From NCBI RefSeq assembly GCF_013167455.1, contig NZ_CP038328.1: a DNA stretch of 64,000 nt; one strand, written 5' to 3'. Both the position numbers and the translations under genes were made by a program. Positions 11,787-24,791 of the stretch are shown here, in pieces (the stretch's first letter is position 1; each line of letters starts with the position of its first letter). Source of the DNA: Escherichia coli O157:H7. Its GTDB lineage: Bacteria > Pseudomonadota > Gammaproteobacteria > Enterobacterales > Enterobacteriaceae. The notes beneath the pieces were generated by a model. The model was given only the letters and a program-made list of their open reading frames with translations. It did no database searches and had not been told where the DNA came from.

Positions 11787-12963
11787 ATTGCAGACCGCGC
11801 TCTTTCAGGCGTTCGATACCCTGAATCTGCAACGGGTAAAAACATTTAGCGTTCCACCGGTGACGCTTTGCGGTCCGGGCTCGGTGAGCAGTTGCGGACA
11901 GCAAGCGCAAACGCGTGGGCTGAAACATCTGTTCGTGATGGCAGACAGCTTTTTGCATCAGGCAGGGATGACCGCCGGGCTGACGCGTAGCCTGGCCGTT
12001 AAAGGTATCGCCATGACGCTCTGGCCATGTCCGGTGGGCGAACCGTGCATTACCGACGTGTGTGCAGCCGTGGCGCAGTTGCGTGAGTCAGGTTGTGACG
12101 GGGTGATCGCATTTGGCGGCGGCTCGGTGCTGGATGCGGCGAAAGCCGTGGCGTTGCTGGTGACGAACCCGGATAGCACGCTGGCAGAGATGTCAGAAAC
12201 CAGCGTTCTGCAACCGCGCTTGCCGCTGATTGCCATTCCAACTACCGCCGGAACCGGCTCTGAAACCACCAATGTAACGGTGATTATCGACGCGGTGAGC
12301 GGGCGCAAGCAGGTGTTAGCCCATGCCTCGCTGATGCCGGATGTGGCGATCCTCGACGCCGCATTGACCGAAGGTGTGCCGTCGCATGTCACGGCGATGA
12401 CCGGCATTGATGCGTTAACCCATGCCATTGAAGCATACAGCGCCCTGAACGCTACACCGTTTACCGACAGTCTGGCGATTGGTGCCATTGCGATGATTGG
12501 CAAATCGCTGCCGAAAGCGGTGGGCTACGGTCACGACCTTGCCGCGCGCGAGAGCATGTTGCTGGCTTCATGTATGGCGGGAATGGCGTTTTCCAGTGCG
12601 GGTCTTGGGTTGTGCCACGCGATGGCGCATCAGCCGGGCGCGGCGCTGCATATTCCGCACGGTCTCGCGAACGCTATGTTGCTGCCAACGGTGATGGAGT
12701 TTAACCGGATGGTTTGTCGCGAACGCTTTAGTCAGATTGGTCGGGCACTGCGAACTAAAAAATCCGACGATCGTGACGCTATTAACGCGGTAAGTGAGCT
12801 GATTGCGGAAGTTGGGATTGGTAAACGACTGGGCGATGTTGGCGCGACATCTGCGCATTACGGTGCATGGGCGCAGGCCGCGCTGGAAGATATTTGTCTG
12901 CGCAGCAACCCGCGTACCGCCAGCCTGGAACAGCTTGTCGGCCTGTACGCAGCGGCGCAATAA
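11776..12963 (+). CDS. eutG: EutG, iron-containing alcohol dehydrogenase
   Basis: ORF track 11749..12963; start taken at ATG 11776 (MQNELQTALFQ...), overlapping eutJ 3' end. Confidence 0.9.
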   Translation: MQNELQTALFQAFDTLNLQRVKTFSVPPVTLCGPGSVSSCGQQAQTRGLKHLFVMADSFLHQAGMTAGLTRSLAVKGIAMTLWPCPVGEPCITDVCAAVAQLRESGCDGVIAFGGGSVLDAAKAVALLVTNPDSTLAEMSETSVLQPRLPLIAIPTTAGTGSETTNVTVIIDAVSGRKQVLAHASLMPDVAILDAALTEGVPSHVTAMTGIDALTHAIEAYSALNATPFTDSLAIGAIAMIGKSLPKAVGYGHDLAARESMLLASCMAGMAFSSAGLGLCHAMAHQPGAALHIPHGLANAMLLPTVMEFNRMVCRERFSQIGRALRTKKSDDRDAINAVSELIAEVGIGKRLGDVGATSAHYGAWAQAALEDICLRSNPRTASLEQLVGLYAAAQ

Positions 12964-12965
12964 AT

Positions 12966-13030
12966 GCCGCGTCTTATCCGGTCTGTGGGATTGCACATGT
13001 AGTGCGGATAAGGCTTCACGCAGCATCCGC
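12966..13030. repeat. REP-like palindromic element in eutG-eutH intergenic region
   Basis: GCCGCGTCTTATCCGG ... CGGATAAGGCTTCACGCAGCATCCGC inverted REP-type arms. Confidence 0.7.
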
Positions 13031-13062
13031 TAATAAATAACAACTAACAGGGAGTAAAGGCG

Positions 13063-14289
13063 ATGGGAATTAACGAAATCATCATGTACATCATGATGTT
13101 CTTTATGCTGATAGCTGCCGTTGACAGGATCCTGTCACAGTTCGGCGGTTCTGCTCGTTTCCTCGGTAAGTTCGGTAAAAGTATCGAAGGATCCGGCGGT
13201 CAGTTCGAAGAAGGCTTTATGGCAATGGGCGCACTGGGCCTGGCGATGGTCGGTATGACCGCGCTGGCACCGGTACTGGCTCACGTACTCGGGCCGGTAA
13301 TTATTCCGGTTTACGAAATGCTCGGCGCTAACCCATCGATGTTCGCCGGAACACTGCTGGCGTGCGATATGGGCGGCTTCTTCCTCGCCAAAGAGCTGGC
13401 GGGCGGCGACGTAGCCGCGTGGCTATACTCTGGGTTAATTCTCGGGTCGATGATGGGGCCAACGATTGTGTTTTCCATTCCGGTGGCGCTCGGCATTATC
13501 GAACCTTCTGACCGTCGTTATCTGGCGCTCGGCGTGCTGGCGGGCATTGTGACCATTCCGATTGGTTGTATCGCTGGTGGTCTGGTTGCTATGTACTCCG
13601 GTGTTCAGATCAACGGCCAGCCGGTGGAATTCACTTTCGCCCTGATCCTGATGAACATGATCCCGGTGATCATTGTTGCGATTCTGGTGGCGCTGGGGCT
13701 GAAATTCATCCCAGAAAAAATGATCAACGGCTTCCAGATCTTCGCCAAATTCCTCGTTGCATTGATCACCCTCGGTCTTGCCGCTGCGGTAGTGAAATTC
13801 CTGCTTGGCTGGGAACTGATCCCCGGTCTGGATCCTATCTTTATGGCCCCTGGCGATAAACCCGGTGAGGTGATGCGCGCCATTGAAGTTATCGGTTCTA
13901 TCTCCTGCGTTCTGTTAGGGGCGTATCCGATGGTGCTGCTGCTGACCCGCTGGTTTGAAAAACCGCTGATGAGCGTCGGTAAAGTGCTGAATATGAACAA
14001 CATCGCGGCAGCCGGCATGGTGGCAACGCTTGCCAACAACATCCCGATGTTCGGCATGATGAAGCAGATGGATACCCGCGGCAAAGTCATCAACTGCGCC
14101 TTCGCCGTTTCCGCTGCTTTCGCCCTGGGCGACCACTTAGGCTTCGCCGCTGCCAACATGAATGCCATGATCTTCCCGATGATTGTCGGCAAGTTGATCG
14201 GCGGCGTAACGGCGATTGGCGTGGCGATGATGCTGGTGCCAAAAGACGACGCGACCGCGGCTAAAACCGAAGCGGAGGCACAATCGTGA
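13063..14289 (+). CDS. eutH: EutH, ethanolamine permease
   Basis: 408-aa highly hydrophobic polytopic membrane ORF. Confidence 0.9.
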   Translation: MGINEIIMYIMMFFMLIAAVDRILSQFGGSARFLGKFGKSIEGSGGQFEEGFMAMGALGLAMVGMTALAPVLAHVLGPVIIPVYEMLGANPSMFAGTLLACDMGGFFLAKELAGGDVAAWLYSGLILGSMMGPTIVFSIPVALGIIEPSDRRYLALGVLAGIVTIPIGCIAGGLVAMYSGVQINGQPVEFTFALILMNMIPVIIVAILVALGLKFIPEKMINGFQIFAKFLVALITLGLAAAVVKFLLGWELIPGLDPIFMAPGDKPGEVMRAIEVIGSISCVLLGAYPMVLLLTRWFEKPLMSVGKVLNMNNIAAAGMVATLANNIPMFGMMKQMDTRGKVINCAFAVSAAFALGDHLGFAAANMNAMIFPMIVGKLIGGVTAIGVAMMLVPKDDATAAKTEAEAQS

Positions 14290-15689
14290 ACACTCGCCAG
14301 CTACTGAGCGTCGGTATCGATATCGGCACCACCACCACCCAGGTGATTTTCTCCCACCTGGAACTGGTTAACCGTGCGGCGGTGTCGCAGGTGCCGCGCT
14401 ACGAATTCATCAAACGCGAAATTAGCTGGCAAAGCCCGGTGTTCTTTACCCCTGTCGATAAACAGGGTGGTTTAAAAGAAGCGGAACTGAAATCGCTGAT
14501 TTTAGAGCAATATCAGGCTGCGGGCATTGCGCCGGAAAGCGTTGATTCTGGTGCCATCATCATCACCGGTGAAAGCGCGAAAACCCGCAATGCTCGCCCG
14601 GCGGTGATGGCGCTCTCTCAGTCGCTGGGCGATTTTGTCGTCGCCAGCGCCGGGCCGCACCTCGAATCCGTGATCGCCGGTCACGGTGCCGGGGCGCAAA
14701 CCCTTTCTGAACAACGGCTGTGTCGGGTACTGAATATCGACATCGGCGGTGGCACCGCGAACTACGCCCTGTTCGATGCCGGAAAAATCAGCGGCACTGC
14801 CTGCCTCAACGTCGGTGGTCGCCTGCTGGAAACCGACAGCCAGGGGCGCGTGGTTTACGCTCATAAACCGGGGCAGATGATTGTGGATGAGTGTTTCGGT
14901 GCAGGCACTGACGTCCGTTCGCTGACCGGCGCGCAGCTGGTGCAGGTTACCCGACGGATGGCAGAGCTGATTGTCGAAGTGATTGACGGAACGCTTTCGC
15001 CGCTCGCGCAGGCATTAATGCAAACCGGTTTGCTGCCCGCAGGTGTTACGCCCGAAATCATTACGCTTTCTGGCGGCGTGGGCGAATGTTATCGCCACCA
15101 GCCCGCTGACCCGTTCTGTTTTGCCGATATTGGCCCGCTACTGGCGACGGCGCTACATGACCATCCGCGCCTGCGTGAGATGAACGTGCAGTTTCCGGCG
15201 CAAACCGTGCGCGCCACGGTGATTGGCGCGGGCGCACATACCCTTTCGCTCTCTGGCAGCACAATCTGGCTGGAGGGCGTACAACTGCCGCTGCGCAATT
15301 TGCCGGTGGCGATCCCGATTGATGAAACGGATCTGGTGAGTGCCTGGCAACAGGCGCTGATTCAGCTGGATCTTGATCCCAAAACTGACGCGTACGTGCT
15401 GGCGCTTCCCGCCTCGCTGCCTGTGCGTTACGCCGCGGTACTGACGGTCATCAACGCGTTGGTCGATTTCGTCGCGCGTTTTCCGAATCCGCATCCCCTG
15501 CTGGTGGTGGCCGGGCAGGACTTTGGTAAAGCTCTGGGCATGCTGTTGCGCCCACAGCTACAACAACTCCCGTTGGCAGTCATTGACGAAGTGATTGTCC
15601 GCGCGGGGGACTATATCGACATTGGTACGCCTCTTTTTGGCGGATCGGTTGTGCCGGTGACGGTGAAATCACTCGCATTTCCTTCCTGA
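14286..15689 (+). CDS. eutA: EutA, ethanolamine ammonia-lyase reactivase
   Basis: 467-aa ORF, GTG start overlapping eutH stop; immediately followed by eutB. Confidence 0.9.
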   Translation: MNTRQLLSVGIDIGTTTTQVIFSHLELVNRAAVSQVPRYEFIKREISWQSPVFFTPVDKQGGLKEAELKSLILEQYQAAGIAPESVDSGAIIITGESAKTRNARPAVMALSQSLGDFVVASAGPHLESVIAGHGAGAQTLSEQRLCRVLNIDIGGGTANYALFDAGKISGTACLNVGGRLLETDSQGRVVYAHKPGQMIVDECFGAGTDVRSLTGAQLVQVTRRMAELIVEVIDGTLSPLAQALMQTGLLPAGVTPEIITLSGGVGECYRHQPADPFCFADIGPLLATALHDHPRLREMNVQFPAQTVRATVIGAGAHTLSLSGSTIWLEGVQLPLRNLPVAIPIDETDLVSAWQQALIQLDLDPKTDAYVLALPASLPVRYAAVLTVINALVDFVARFPNPHPLLVVAGQDFGKALGMLLRPQLQQLPLAVIDEVIVRAGDYIDIGTPLFGGSVVPVTVKSLAFPS

Positions 15690-15700
15690 GGGAACGACTT

Positions 15701-17062
15701 ATGAAACTAAAGACCACATTGTTCGGCAATGTATATCAGTTTAAGGATGTAAAAGAGGTGCTGGCTAAAGCCAACGAACTGCGTTCGGGGGATGTGCTGG
15801 CGGGCGTCGCAGCGGCAAGCTCACAGGAGCGCGTGGCGGCAAAGCAGGTGTTGTCGGAAATGACCGTAGCGGACATCCGCAATAATCCGGTGATTGCCTA
15901 TGAAGATGACTGCGTGACGCGGCTGATTCAGGACGATGTTAACGAAACGGCCTACAACCAGATTAAAAACTGGAGCATCAGCGAACTGCGTGAGTATGTG
16001 CTGAGCGATGAAACCAGCGTGGACGACATTGCCTTTACCCGCAAAGGGCTGACCTCGGAAGTGGTCGCGGCGGTAGCGAAGATTTGCTCCAACGCGGACC
16101 TGATCTACGGCGCGAAGAAAATGCCGGTAATCAAAAAGGCCAATACCACCATCGGTATTCCGGGCACCTTCAGCGCCCGTTTGCAGCCAAATGACACCCG
16201 TGACGACGTGCAAAGTATCGCCGCGCAAATCTACGAAGGGCTTTCCTTCGGGGTGGGCGATGCGGTGATCGGCGTTAACCCGGTGACTGACGACGTGGAA
16301 AACTTAAGCCGCGTGCTGGACACCATCTATGGCGTGATCGACAAATTCAACATCCCAACTCAGGGCTGCGTACTGGCGCACGTCACCACCCAGATCGAAG
16401 CGATTCGTCGCGGCGCGCCTGGCGGACTGATTTTCCAGAGTATCTGTGGCAGCGAAAAAGGGCTGAAAGAGTTTGGCGTGGAACTGGCGATGCTCGACGA
16501 AGCGCGCGCAGTGGGTGCAGAGTTCAACCGTATCGCCGGGGAAAACTGCCTCTACTTCGAAACCGGACAAGGTTCAGCGCTATCCGCTGGCGCTAACTTC
16601 GGCGCAGACCAGGTGACGATGGAAGCACGTAACTATGGGCTGGCGCGTCATTACGATCCGTTTATCGTCAACACCGTGGTCGGCTTTATTGGGCCGGAGT
16701 ATCTCTACAACGACCGCCAGATTATCCGTGCGGGCTTAGAAGATCACTTTATGGGCAAGCTGAGCGGCATCTCTATGGGCTGTGACTGCTGTTACACCAA
16801 CCACGCTGACGCTGACCAGAACCTCAACGAAAACCTGATGATCCTGCTCGCCACCGCAGGCTGCAACTACATCATGGGGATGCCGCTGGGTGATGACATC
16901 ATGCTCAACTACCAGACCACCGCATTCCACGATACCGCCACTGTGCGTCAGTTACTCAACCTGCGCCCGTCACCGGAGTTTGAACGCTGGCTGGAAAGCA
17001 TGGGCATTATGGCAAACGGTCGCCTGACCAAACGGGCGGGCGATCCGTCACTGTTCTTCTGA
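15701..17062 (+). CDS. eutB: ethanolamine ammonia-lyase large subunit
   Basis: 453-aa ORF MKLKTTLFGNVYQFKDVKEVLAKANELRSGD... Confidence 0.95.
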   Translation: MKLKTTLFGNVYQFKDVKEVLAKANELRSGDVLAGVAAASSQERVAAKQVLSEMTVADIRNNPVIAYEDDCVTRLIQDDVNETAYNQIKNWSISELREYVLSDETSVDDIAFTRKGLTSEVVAAVAKICSNADLIYGAKKMPVIKKANTTIGIPGTFSARLQPNDTRDDVQSIAAQIYEGLSFGVGDAVIGVNPVTDDVENLSRVLDTIYGVIDKFNIPTQGCVLAHVTTQIEAIRRGAPGGLIFQSICGSEKGLKEFGVELAMLDEARAVGAEFNRIAGENCLYFETGQGSALSAGANFGADQVTMEARNYGLARHYDPFIVNTVVGFIGPEYLYNDRQIIRAGLEDHFMGKLSGISMGCDCCYTNHADADQNLNENLMILLATAGCNYIMGMPLGDDIMLNYQTTAFHDTATVRQLLNLRPSPEFERWLESMGIMANGRLTKRAGDPSLFF

Positions 17063-17082
17063 TGACGCGGAGATAACACATC

Positions 17083-17970
17083 ATGGATCAAAAACAGATT
17101 GAAGAAATTGTACGCAGCGTGATGGCGTCAATGGGACAAACGGCCCCCGCGCCGTCAGAAGCAAAGTGCGCCACTACCACCTGTGCGGCACCGGTGACCT
17201 CGGAAAGCTGCGCGCTGGATTTAGGTTCTGCGGAAGCAAAAGTGTGGATTGGTGTTGAAAACCCACATCGTGCGGATGTGTTAACAGAACTGCGTCGCAG
17301 CACCGTGGCCCGCGTTTGTACCGGTCGTGCCGGTCCGCGTCCGCGTACGCTGGCGCTGCTGCGTTTCCTGGCCGATCACTCTCGTTCGAAAGATACCGTA
17401 CTGAAAGAAGTGCCGGAAGAGTGGGTGAAAGCGCAGGGCTTGCTGGAAGTACGCTCCGAAATTAGCGACAAAAATCTCTACCTGACTCGCCCGGATATGG
17501 GCCGCCGCCTGTGTGCAGAAGCTGTTGAAGCGCTGAAAGCACAGTGTGTTGCTAATCCGGACGTACAGGTCGTTATTTCTGATGGCCTGTCAACTGATGC
17601 CATCACTGTGAACTACGAAGAGATCCTGCCGCCGCTGATGGCGGGCCTGAAACAGGCCGGGCTGAAAGTCGGCACGCCATTCTTTGTTCGTTATGGTCGC
17701 GTGAAGATTGAAGATCAGATCGGTGAGATCCTCGGCGCGAAAGTAGTGATCCTGCTGGTGGGCGAACGTCCGGGGTTGGGTCAGTCAGAAAGCCTCTCCT
17801 GCTACGCCGTTTACTCGCCGCGTATGGCGACCACCGTTGAGGCCGATCGCACCTGTATCTCTAACATTCACCAGGGCGGCACGCCGCCGGTTGAAGCCGC
17901 AGCCGTCATTGTGGATTTGGCGAAACGTATGCTGGAGCAGAAAGCATCCGGCATCAACATGACCCGATAA
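17083..17970 (+). CDS. eutC: ethanolamine ammonia-lyase small subunit
   Basis: 295-aa [20 protein letters not shown]... directly after eutB. Confidence 0.95.
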   Translation: MDQKQIEEIVRSVMASMGQTAPAPSEAKCATTTCAAPVTSESCALDLGSAEAKVWIGVENPHRADVLTELRRSTVARVCTGRAGPRPRTLALLRFLADHSRSKDTVLKEVPEEWVKAQGLLEVRSEISDKNLYLTRPDMGRRLCAEAVEALKAQCVANPDVQVVISDGLSTDAITVNYEEILPPLMAGLKQAGLKVGTPFFVRYGRVKIEDQIGEILGAKVVILLVGERPGLGQSESLSCYAVYSPRMATTVEADRTCISNIHQGGTPPVEAAAVIVDLAKRMLEQKASGINMTR

Positions 17971-17979
17971 GGAGGCATC

Positions 17980-18639
17980 ATGCCAGCTTTAGATTTGATT
18001 CGACCGTCGGTAACCGCCATGCGGGTGATTGCCTCCGTTAACGCCGATTTTGCGCGTGAACTGAAATTGCCGCCACATATTCGTAGCCTCGGTCTGATTT
18101 CTGCCGATTCTGACGACGTAACCTACATTGCGGCTGACGAAGCGACCAAACAAGCGATGGTAGAAGTGGTATATGGTCGCTCGCTGTATGCGGGCGCGGC
18201 ACACGGCCCGTCACCGACTGCCGGTGAGGTGCTGATTATGCTTGGTGGGCCAAACCCGGCGGAAGTGCGTGCCGGTCTGGATGCGATGGTTGCGCATATT
18301 GAAAATGGCGCTGCTTTCCAGTGGGCTAATGATGCGCAAGATACGGCATTCCTGGCACATGTAGTTTCGCGTACCGGTTCTTATCTCTCATCAACCGCCG
18401 GGATCACGCTTGGCGATCCGATGGCGTATCTGGTGGCACCGCCGCTGGAAGCGACCTACGGCATTGATGCAGCGTTGAAATCTGCCGACGTACAGCTGGT
18501 GACCTATGTCCCGCCACCGTCTGAAACTAACTACTCGGCAGCATTTTTAACCGGTAGCCAGGCAGCGTGTAAAGCGGCCTGTAACGCCTTTACCGATGCA
18601 GTGCTGGAAATCGCGCGTAATCCAATCCAGCGTGCGTAA
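17980..18639 (+). CDS. eutL: EutL, tandem-BMC-domain shell protein
   Basis: 219-aa ORF, operon position. Confidence 0.9.
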   Translation: MPALDLIRPSVTAMRVIASVNADFARELKLPPHIRSLGLISADSDDVTYIAADEATKQAMVEVVYGRSLYAGAAHGPSPTAGEVLIMLGGPNPAEVRAGLDAMVAHIENGAAFQWANDAQDTAFLAHVVSRTGSYLSSTAGITLGDPMAYLVAPPLEATYGIDAALKSADVQLVTYVPPPSETNYSAAFLTGSQAACKAACNAFTDAVLEIARNPIQRA

Positions 18640-18651
18640 CGGAGGTTGCCA

Positions 18652-19152
18652 ATGATCAATGCACTGGGATTGCTGGAAGTGGACGGCATGGTCGCCGCGA
18701 TAGATGCAGCGGATGCCATGCTCAAAGCAGCTAACGTTCGTCTGCTCAGTCACGAAGTGCTTGACCCAGGTCGCTTAACGCTGGTGGTGGAAGGCGATCT
18801 GGCGGCGTGTCGTGCTGCGCTGGACGCAGGTTGTGCTGCCGCGATGCGTACCGGGCGTGTCATCAGCCGTAAGGAGATCGGTCGGCCAGACGATGACACC
18901 CAGTGGCTGGTTACTGGCTTTAACCGCCAGCCGAAGCAACCCGTAAAGGAACCCGACGCGCCAGTTATCGTCGCGGAATCTGCTGACGAGTTGTTGGCGC
19001 TGTTAACATCAGTACGTCAGGGAGTGACGGCAGGAGAAGTGGCTGCCCACTTTGGCTGGCCGCTGGAAAAAGCCAGAAATGCGCTCGAACAGCTCTTTTC
19101 TGCTGGGACGTTACGTAAACGCAGTAGTCGTTATCGTCTCAAGCCCCATTAA
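18652..19152 (+). CDS. eutK: EutK, BMC shell protein with C-terminal nucleic-acid-binding-like domain
   Basis: ORF track begins at a TTG (18646); ATG at 18652 gives 166 aa (MINALGLLEVDGMVAAIDAADAMLKAA...), SD ACGGAGG upstream. Confidence 0.85.
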   Translation: MINALGLLEVDGMVAAIDAADAMLKAANVRLLSHEVLDPGRLTLVVEGDLAACRAALDAGCAAAMRTGRVISRKEIGRPDDDTQWLVTGFNRQPKQPVKEPDAPVIVAESADELLALLTSVRQGVTAGEVAAHFGWPLEKARNALEQLFSAGTLRKRSSRYRLKPH

Positions 19153-19197
19153 CCTGTCGGAGGTGCCGGGTGTCCTACAACACCCGGCATTAACATC

Positions 19198-20250
19198 ATG
19201 AAAAAGACCCGTACAGCCAATTTGCACCATCTTTATCATGAACCCTTACCCGAAAACCTGAAGCTCACGCCGAAGGTCGAAGTGGATAATGTTCATCAAC
19301 GACAGACAACGGATGTCTATGAACATGCTTTAACGATTACCGCCTGGCAGCAGATTTACGATCAGCTGCATCCGGGCAAGTTTCATGGTGAATTTACGGA
19401 AATTCTACTCGATGATATTCAGGTTTTTCGTGAATACACCGGTCTGGCGCTGCGTCAGTCGTGTCTGGTCTGGCCGAACTCGTTCTGGTTTGGCATTCCG
19501 GCGACGCGCGGTGAGCAGGGATTTATCGGTTCGCAATGTCTGGGAAGCGCAGAAATAGCGACGCGCCCTGGTGGAACCGAGTTTGAATTAAGTACGCCGG
19601 ACGATTACACGATCCTGGGCGTAGTGCTTTCTGAAGATGTCATCACCCGTCAGGCTAACTTTTTGCATAATCCGGATCGGGTATTACATATGTTGCGTAG
19701 CCAGTCGGCGCTGGAAGTGAAAGAGCAGCATAAAGCCGCGCTGTGGGGCTTTGTCCAACAGGCGCTGGCGACGTTTTGCGAGAACCCGGAAAATCTCCAT
19801 CAGCCTGCAGTGCGAAAAGTGCTGGGGGATAATTTGCTAATGGCGATGGGGGCGATGCTGGAAGAAGCGCAGCCAATGGTGACGGCGGAAAGCATCAGTC
19901 ATCAGAGTTACCGTCGGTTGCTTTCCCGCGCCCGTGAATATGTGCTGGAAAACATGTCCGAACCGGTGACGGTGCTGGACTTGTGTAATCAACTGCATGT
20001 CAGCCGCCGCACGCTACAAAACGCGTTTCACGCTATTTTAGGAATTGGCCCGAACGCGTGGCTGAAACGCATTCGCCTGAACGCCGTACGCCGCGAACTG
20101 ATAAGCCCGTGGTCGCAAAGCACAACGGTAAAAGACGCCGCCATGCAGTGGGGATTCTGGCATCTGGGGCAATTTGCCACGGATTACCAGCAGCTGTTTG
20201 CCGAGAAGCCGTCGTTGACGTTGCATCAGCGGATGCGGGAATGGGGGTGA
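19198..20250 (+). CDS. eutR: EutR, AraC-family activator of the eut operon
   Basis: 350-aa ORF with C-terminal AraC-type HTH; last gene of operon. Confidence 0.9.
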   Translation: MKKTRTANLHHLYHEPLPENLKLTPKVEVDNVHQRQTTDVYEHALTITAWQQIYDQLHPGKFHGEFTEILLDDIQVFREYTGLALRQSCLVWPNSFWFGIPATRGEQGFIGSQCLGSAEIATRPGGTEFELSTPDDYTILGVVLSEDVITRQANFLHNPDRVLHMLRSQSALEVKEQHKAALWGFVQQALATFCENPENLHQPAVRKVLGDNLLMAMGAMLEEAQPMVTAESISHQSYRRLLSRAREYVLENMSEPVTVLDLCNQLHVSRRTLQNAFHAILGIGPNAWLKRIRLNAVRRELISPWSQSTTVKDAAMQWGFWHLGQFATDYQQLFAEKPSLTLHQRMREWG

Positions 20251-20255
20251 GGGAG

Positions 20256-21158
<903 letters not shown>

Positions 21159-22028
21159 TTATCGCTTTTTCGAATGTGCTTTCTGGTTGTCGAACCAGTG
21201 GAAATAACTGATCACGCCTTCAGCAATCGCTGTGGCGATTTTCTGACGAAACGCCGCCGTGCCTAACAGTCGCTCTTCTTCCGGGTTGGTGATAAACGAG
21301 GTTTCCACCAGCACCGAAGGAACCGACGGCGATTTCAACACCACAAACGCGGCTTGTTCGGTGTTGCGGCTGTGCAGTTTATGCACCGGCTTAATCTTTT
21401 TCAGAATATGCGAGCCGAGCGTCAGGCTGTTTTTAATAGTATCGGTTTGCACCAGATCAAACAGCACTTGCTGCAATAGATGATCCTTGTCAGTCGCCTT
21501 TTTACCGGCAACTTCATCGGCGCGGTTTTCGCGTTCAGACAGGTATTTCGCCATTGCGCTACTTGCCCCACGGTTAGAGAGGGCAAATACCGAAGCACCG
21601 GCAGCTTTCGGGTTGGTAAAGCCATCGGCATGAATTGACATAAACAGATCTGCGCCATGTTTATGGGCGATTTCAACGCGATCGTAAAGTGGGATAAACG
21701 TATCGCCAGAACGCGTTAAACGCGCATCAATCCCATGATTACGCAAAATGGAACGGACGTTTTTAGCAATCGCCAGCACCACATGTTTTTCTTTCGAACC
21801 GTTGCGCCCGATCGCTCCGGTATCAATCCCGCCGTGGCCTGGATCGAGAACAACGACACGTTTGCCGCCAGATTTTTTAGCTTTCGGCTTGCTGTGTCCG
21901 TTGCTGGTTTTTAAAGGTTCGTCTTTGGCGATGGCTTGCGACATTCCTGACAACGTCAGGGCAGCCAAACCGGCTTTCAGCACCTGGCGGCGCGAAGTGA
22001 GTGTTTTTAGTGGTTTAAAAGTGCTCAT
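21159..22028 (-). CDS. amiA: N-acetylmuramoyl-L-alanine amidase A
   Basis: 289-aa ORF with Tat-like signal (SRRQVLKAGLAAL); stop 3 nt upstream of hemF start. Confidence 0.92.
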   Translation of the reverse strand: MSTFKPLKTLTSRRQVLKAGLAALTLSGMSQAIAKDEPLKTSNGHSKPKAKKSGGKRVVVLDPGHGGIDTGAIGRNGSKEKHVVLAIAKNVRSILRNHGIDARLTRSGDTFIPLYDRVEIAHKHGADLFMSIHADGFTNPKAAGASVFALSNRGASSAMAKYLSERENRADEVAGKKATDKDHLLQQVLFDLVQTDTIKNSLTLGSHILKKIKPVHKLHSRNTEQAAFVVLKSPSVPSVLVETSFITNPEEERLLGTAAFRQKIATAIAEGVISYFHWFDNQKAHSKKR

Positions 22029-22241
22029 ACGGCCTGAGTTGTAATAATAAAGTTCCAGATGTTATATCGTATCGCGTAATCCGTTACGACCGTTTGCTGT
22101 TGAGAATTGTTTTACTTTTCATTTCAATAGTTGACAACTCCCCATTATGCCACTTTTTCAACCGATTTTCGTCAGATATTGGCTAATTCGACCGTTCACG
22201 CCATAATCAGCCTTTTAACCCGCAAAAAGGTAACGAATACC

Positions 22242-22667
22242 ATGGAGATACGCGTATTTCGCCAGGAAGATTTCGAAGAGGTCATCACCCTTTGGGAGCG
22301 TTGCGACTTGCTGCGTCCGTGGAACGATCCGGAAATGGACATCGAGCGTAAGATGAACCATGACGTCAGTTTGTTTCTGGTCGCTGAGGTGAACGGTGAA
22401 GTGGTCGGAACGGTGATGGGCGGTTATGACGGGCATCGCGGGTCTGCTTATTATCTTGGCGTGCATCCAGAGTTTCGTGGGCGTGGGATTGCCAATGCGT
22501 TGCTTAACCGGCTGGAGAAAAAGCTGATTGCTCGCGGCTGCCCGAAAATTCAGATCAACGTGCCGGAAGATAACGACATGGTGCTCGGAATGTATGAACG
22601 CCTGGGATATGAACACGCCGACGTGCTGAGTCTGGGTAAGCGTTTGATTGAAGATGAAGAGTACTGA
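22242..22667 (+). CDS. ypeA: GNAT-family N-acetyltransferase
   Basis: ORF track 22131..22667; 141-aa product from ATG 22242 ([14 protein letters not shown]...). Confidence 0.85.
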
Positions 22668-23103
22668 GTTTCATCCTGTCCATTATGATGCGCACGGTCG
22701 CCTGCGTTTACCCTTGCTCTTCTGGCTTGTGCTATTGCTTCAGGCGCGAACCTGGGTGCTGTTTGTCATTGCCGGTGCGTCGCGCGAGCAGGGTACTGCG
22801 CTGCTAAATCTGTTTTATCCCGATCACGATAATTTCTGGCTGGGGCTGATTCCTGGCATTCCGGCGGTGCTGGCGTTTTTGTTGAGCGGTCGGCGGGCTA
22901 CGTTTCCTCGCACCTGGCGTGTACTCTATTTTCTGTTGCTGTTGGCGCAGGTGGTTTTACTTTGCTGGCAACCGTGGCTGTGGCTGAACGGTGAATCCGT
23001 TAGCGGTATCGGTCTGGCGCTGGTAGTGGCGGATATTGTGGCGTTAATCTGGCTGCTGACCAATCGACGTTTACGCGCTTGTTTTAATGAAGTAAAAGAA
23101 TAA
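22654..23103 (+). CDS. yfeZ: inner-membrane protein YfeZ
   Basis: 149-aa hydrophobic product from ATG 22654 ([11 protein letters not shown]...); ORF track extends 2 codons upstream to a TTG. Confidence 0.8.
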
Positions 23104-23163
23104 CGGCACTTTTTGGTGAATTTGCACTCCAAGCAACGTTATTGAATAACCAAAGGAAGTGAC

Positions 23164-23739
23164 ATGAAATCGCTGCGTTTAATGTTATGCGCTATGCCAT
23201 TGATGCTGACCGGCTGTTCCACGATGTCGTCAGTTAACTGGTCTGCCGCTAACCCGTGGAACTGGTTTGGGTCGTCCACCAAAGTGAGCGAGCAGGGCGT
23301 TGGTGAATTAACGGCGTCCACACCACTGCAAGAACAAGCCATTGCCGATGCGGTTGATGGCGATTATCGCCTGCGCAGCGGAATGAAAACCGCGAACGGC
23401 AACGTGGTGCGCTTTTTTGAAGTGATGAAGGGCGACAACGTGGCGATGGTGATTAACGGCGATCAAGGCACGATCAGTCGCATTGACGTGCTGGATAGCG
23501 ATATTCCTGCTGACACCGGTGTTAAAATCGGTACACCGTTTAGCGACCTTTACAGCAAAGCATTTGGCAATTGCCAAAAAGCTGATGGTGATGATAATCG
23601 TGCCGTCGAATGTAAAGCCGAAGGCAGTCAACATATTAGCTACCAGTTCAGCGGGGAATGGAGTGGTCCTGAAGGGTTAATGCCTTCGGACGATACCCTG
23701 AAAAACTGGAAAGTCAGTAAAATTATCTGGCGGCGTTAA
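23164..23739 (+). CDS. yfeY: lipoprotein YfeY
   Basis: 191-aa ORF with lipobox MLTGC; followed by terminator hairpin. Confidence 0.85.
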   Translation: MKSLRLMLCAMPLMLTGCSTMSSVNWSAANPWNWFGSSTKVSEQGVGELTASTPLQEQAIADAVDGDYRLRSGMKTANGNVVRFFEVMKGDNVAMVINGDQGTISRIDVLDSDIPADTGVKIGTPFSDLYSKAFGNCQKADGDDNRAVECKAEGSQHISYQFSGEWSGPEGLMPSDDTLKNWKVSKIIWRR

Positions 23740-23750
23740 TTTGCGTCTGA

Positions 23751-24734
<984 letters not shown>

Positions 24735-24791
24735 GCGTTTCTGATTCATTGATTAAAGGCCAGGCAGTAACATTACTGACTGGCCTTTTTA

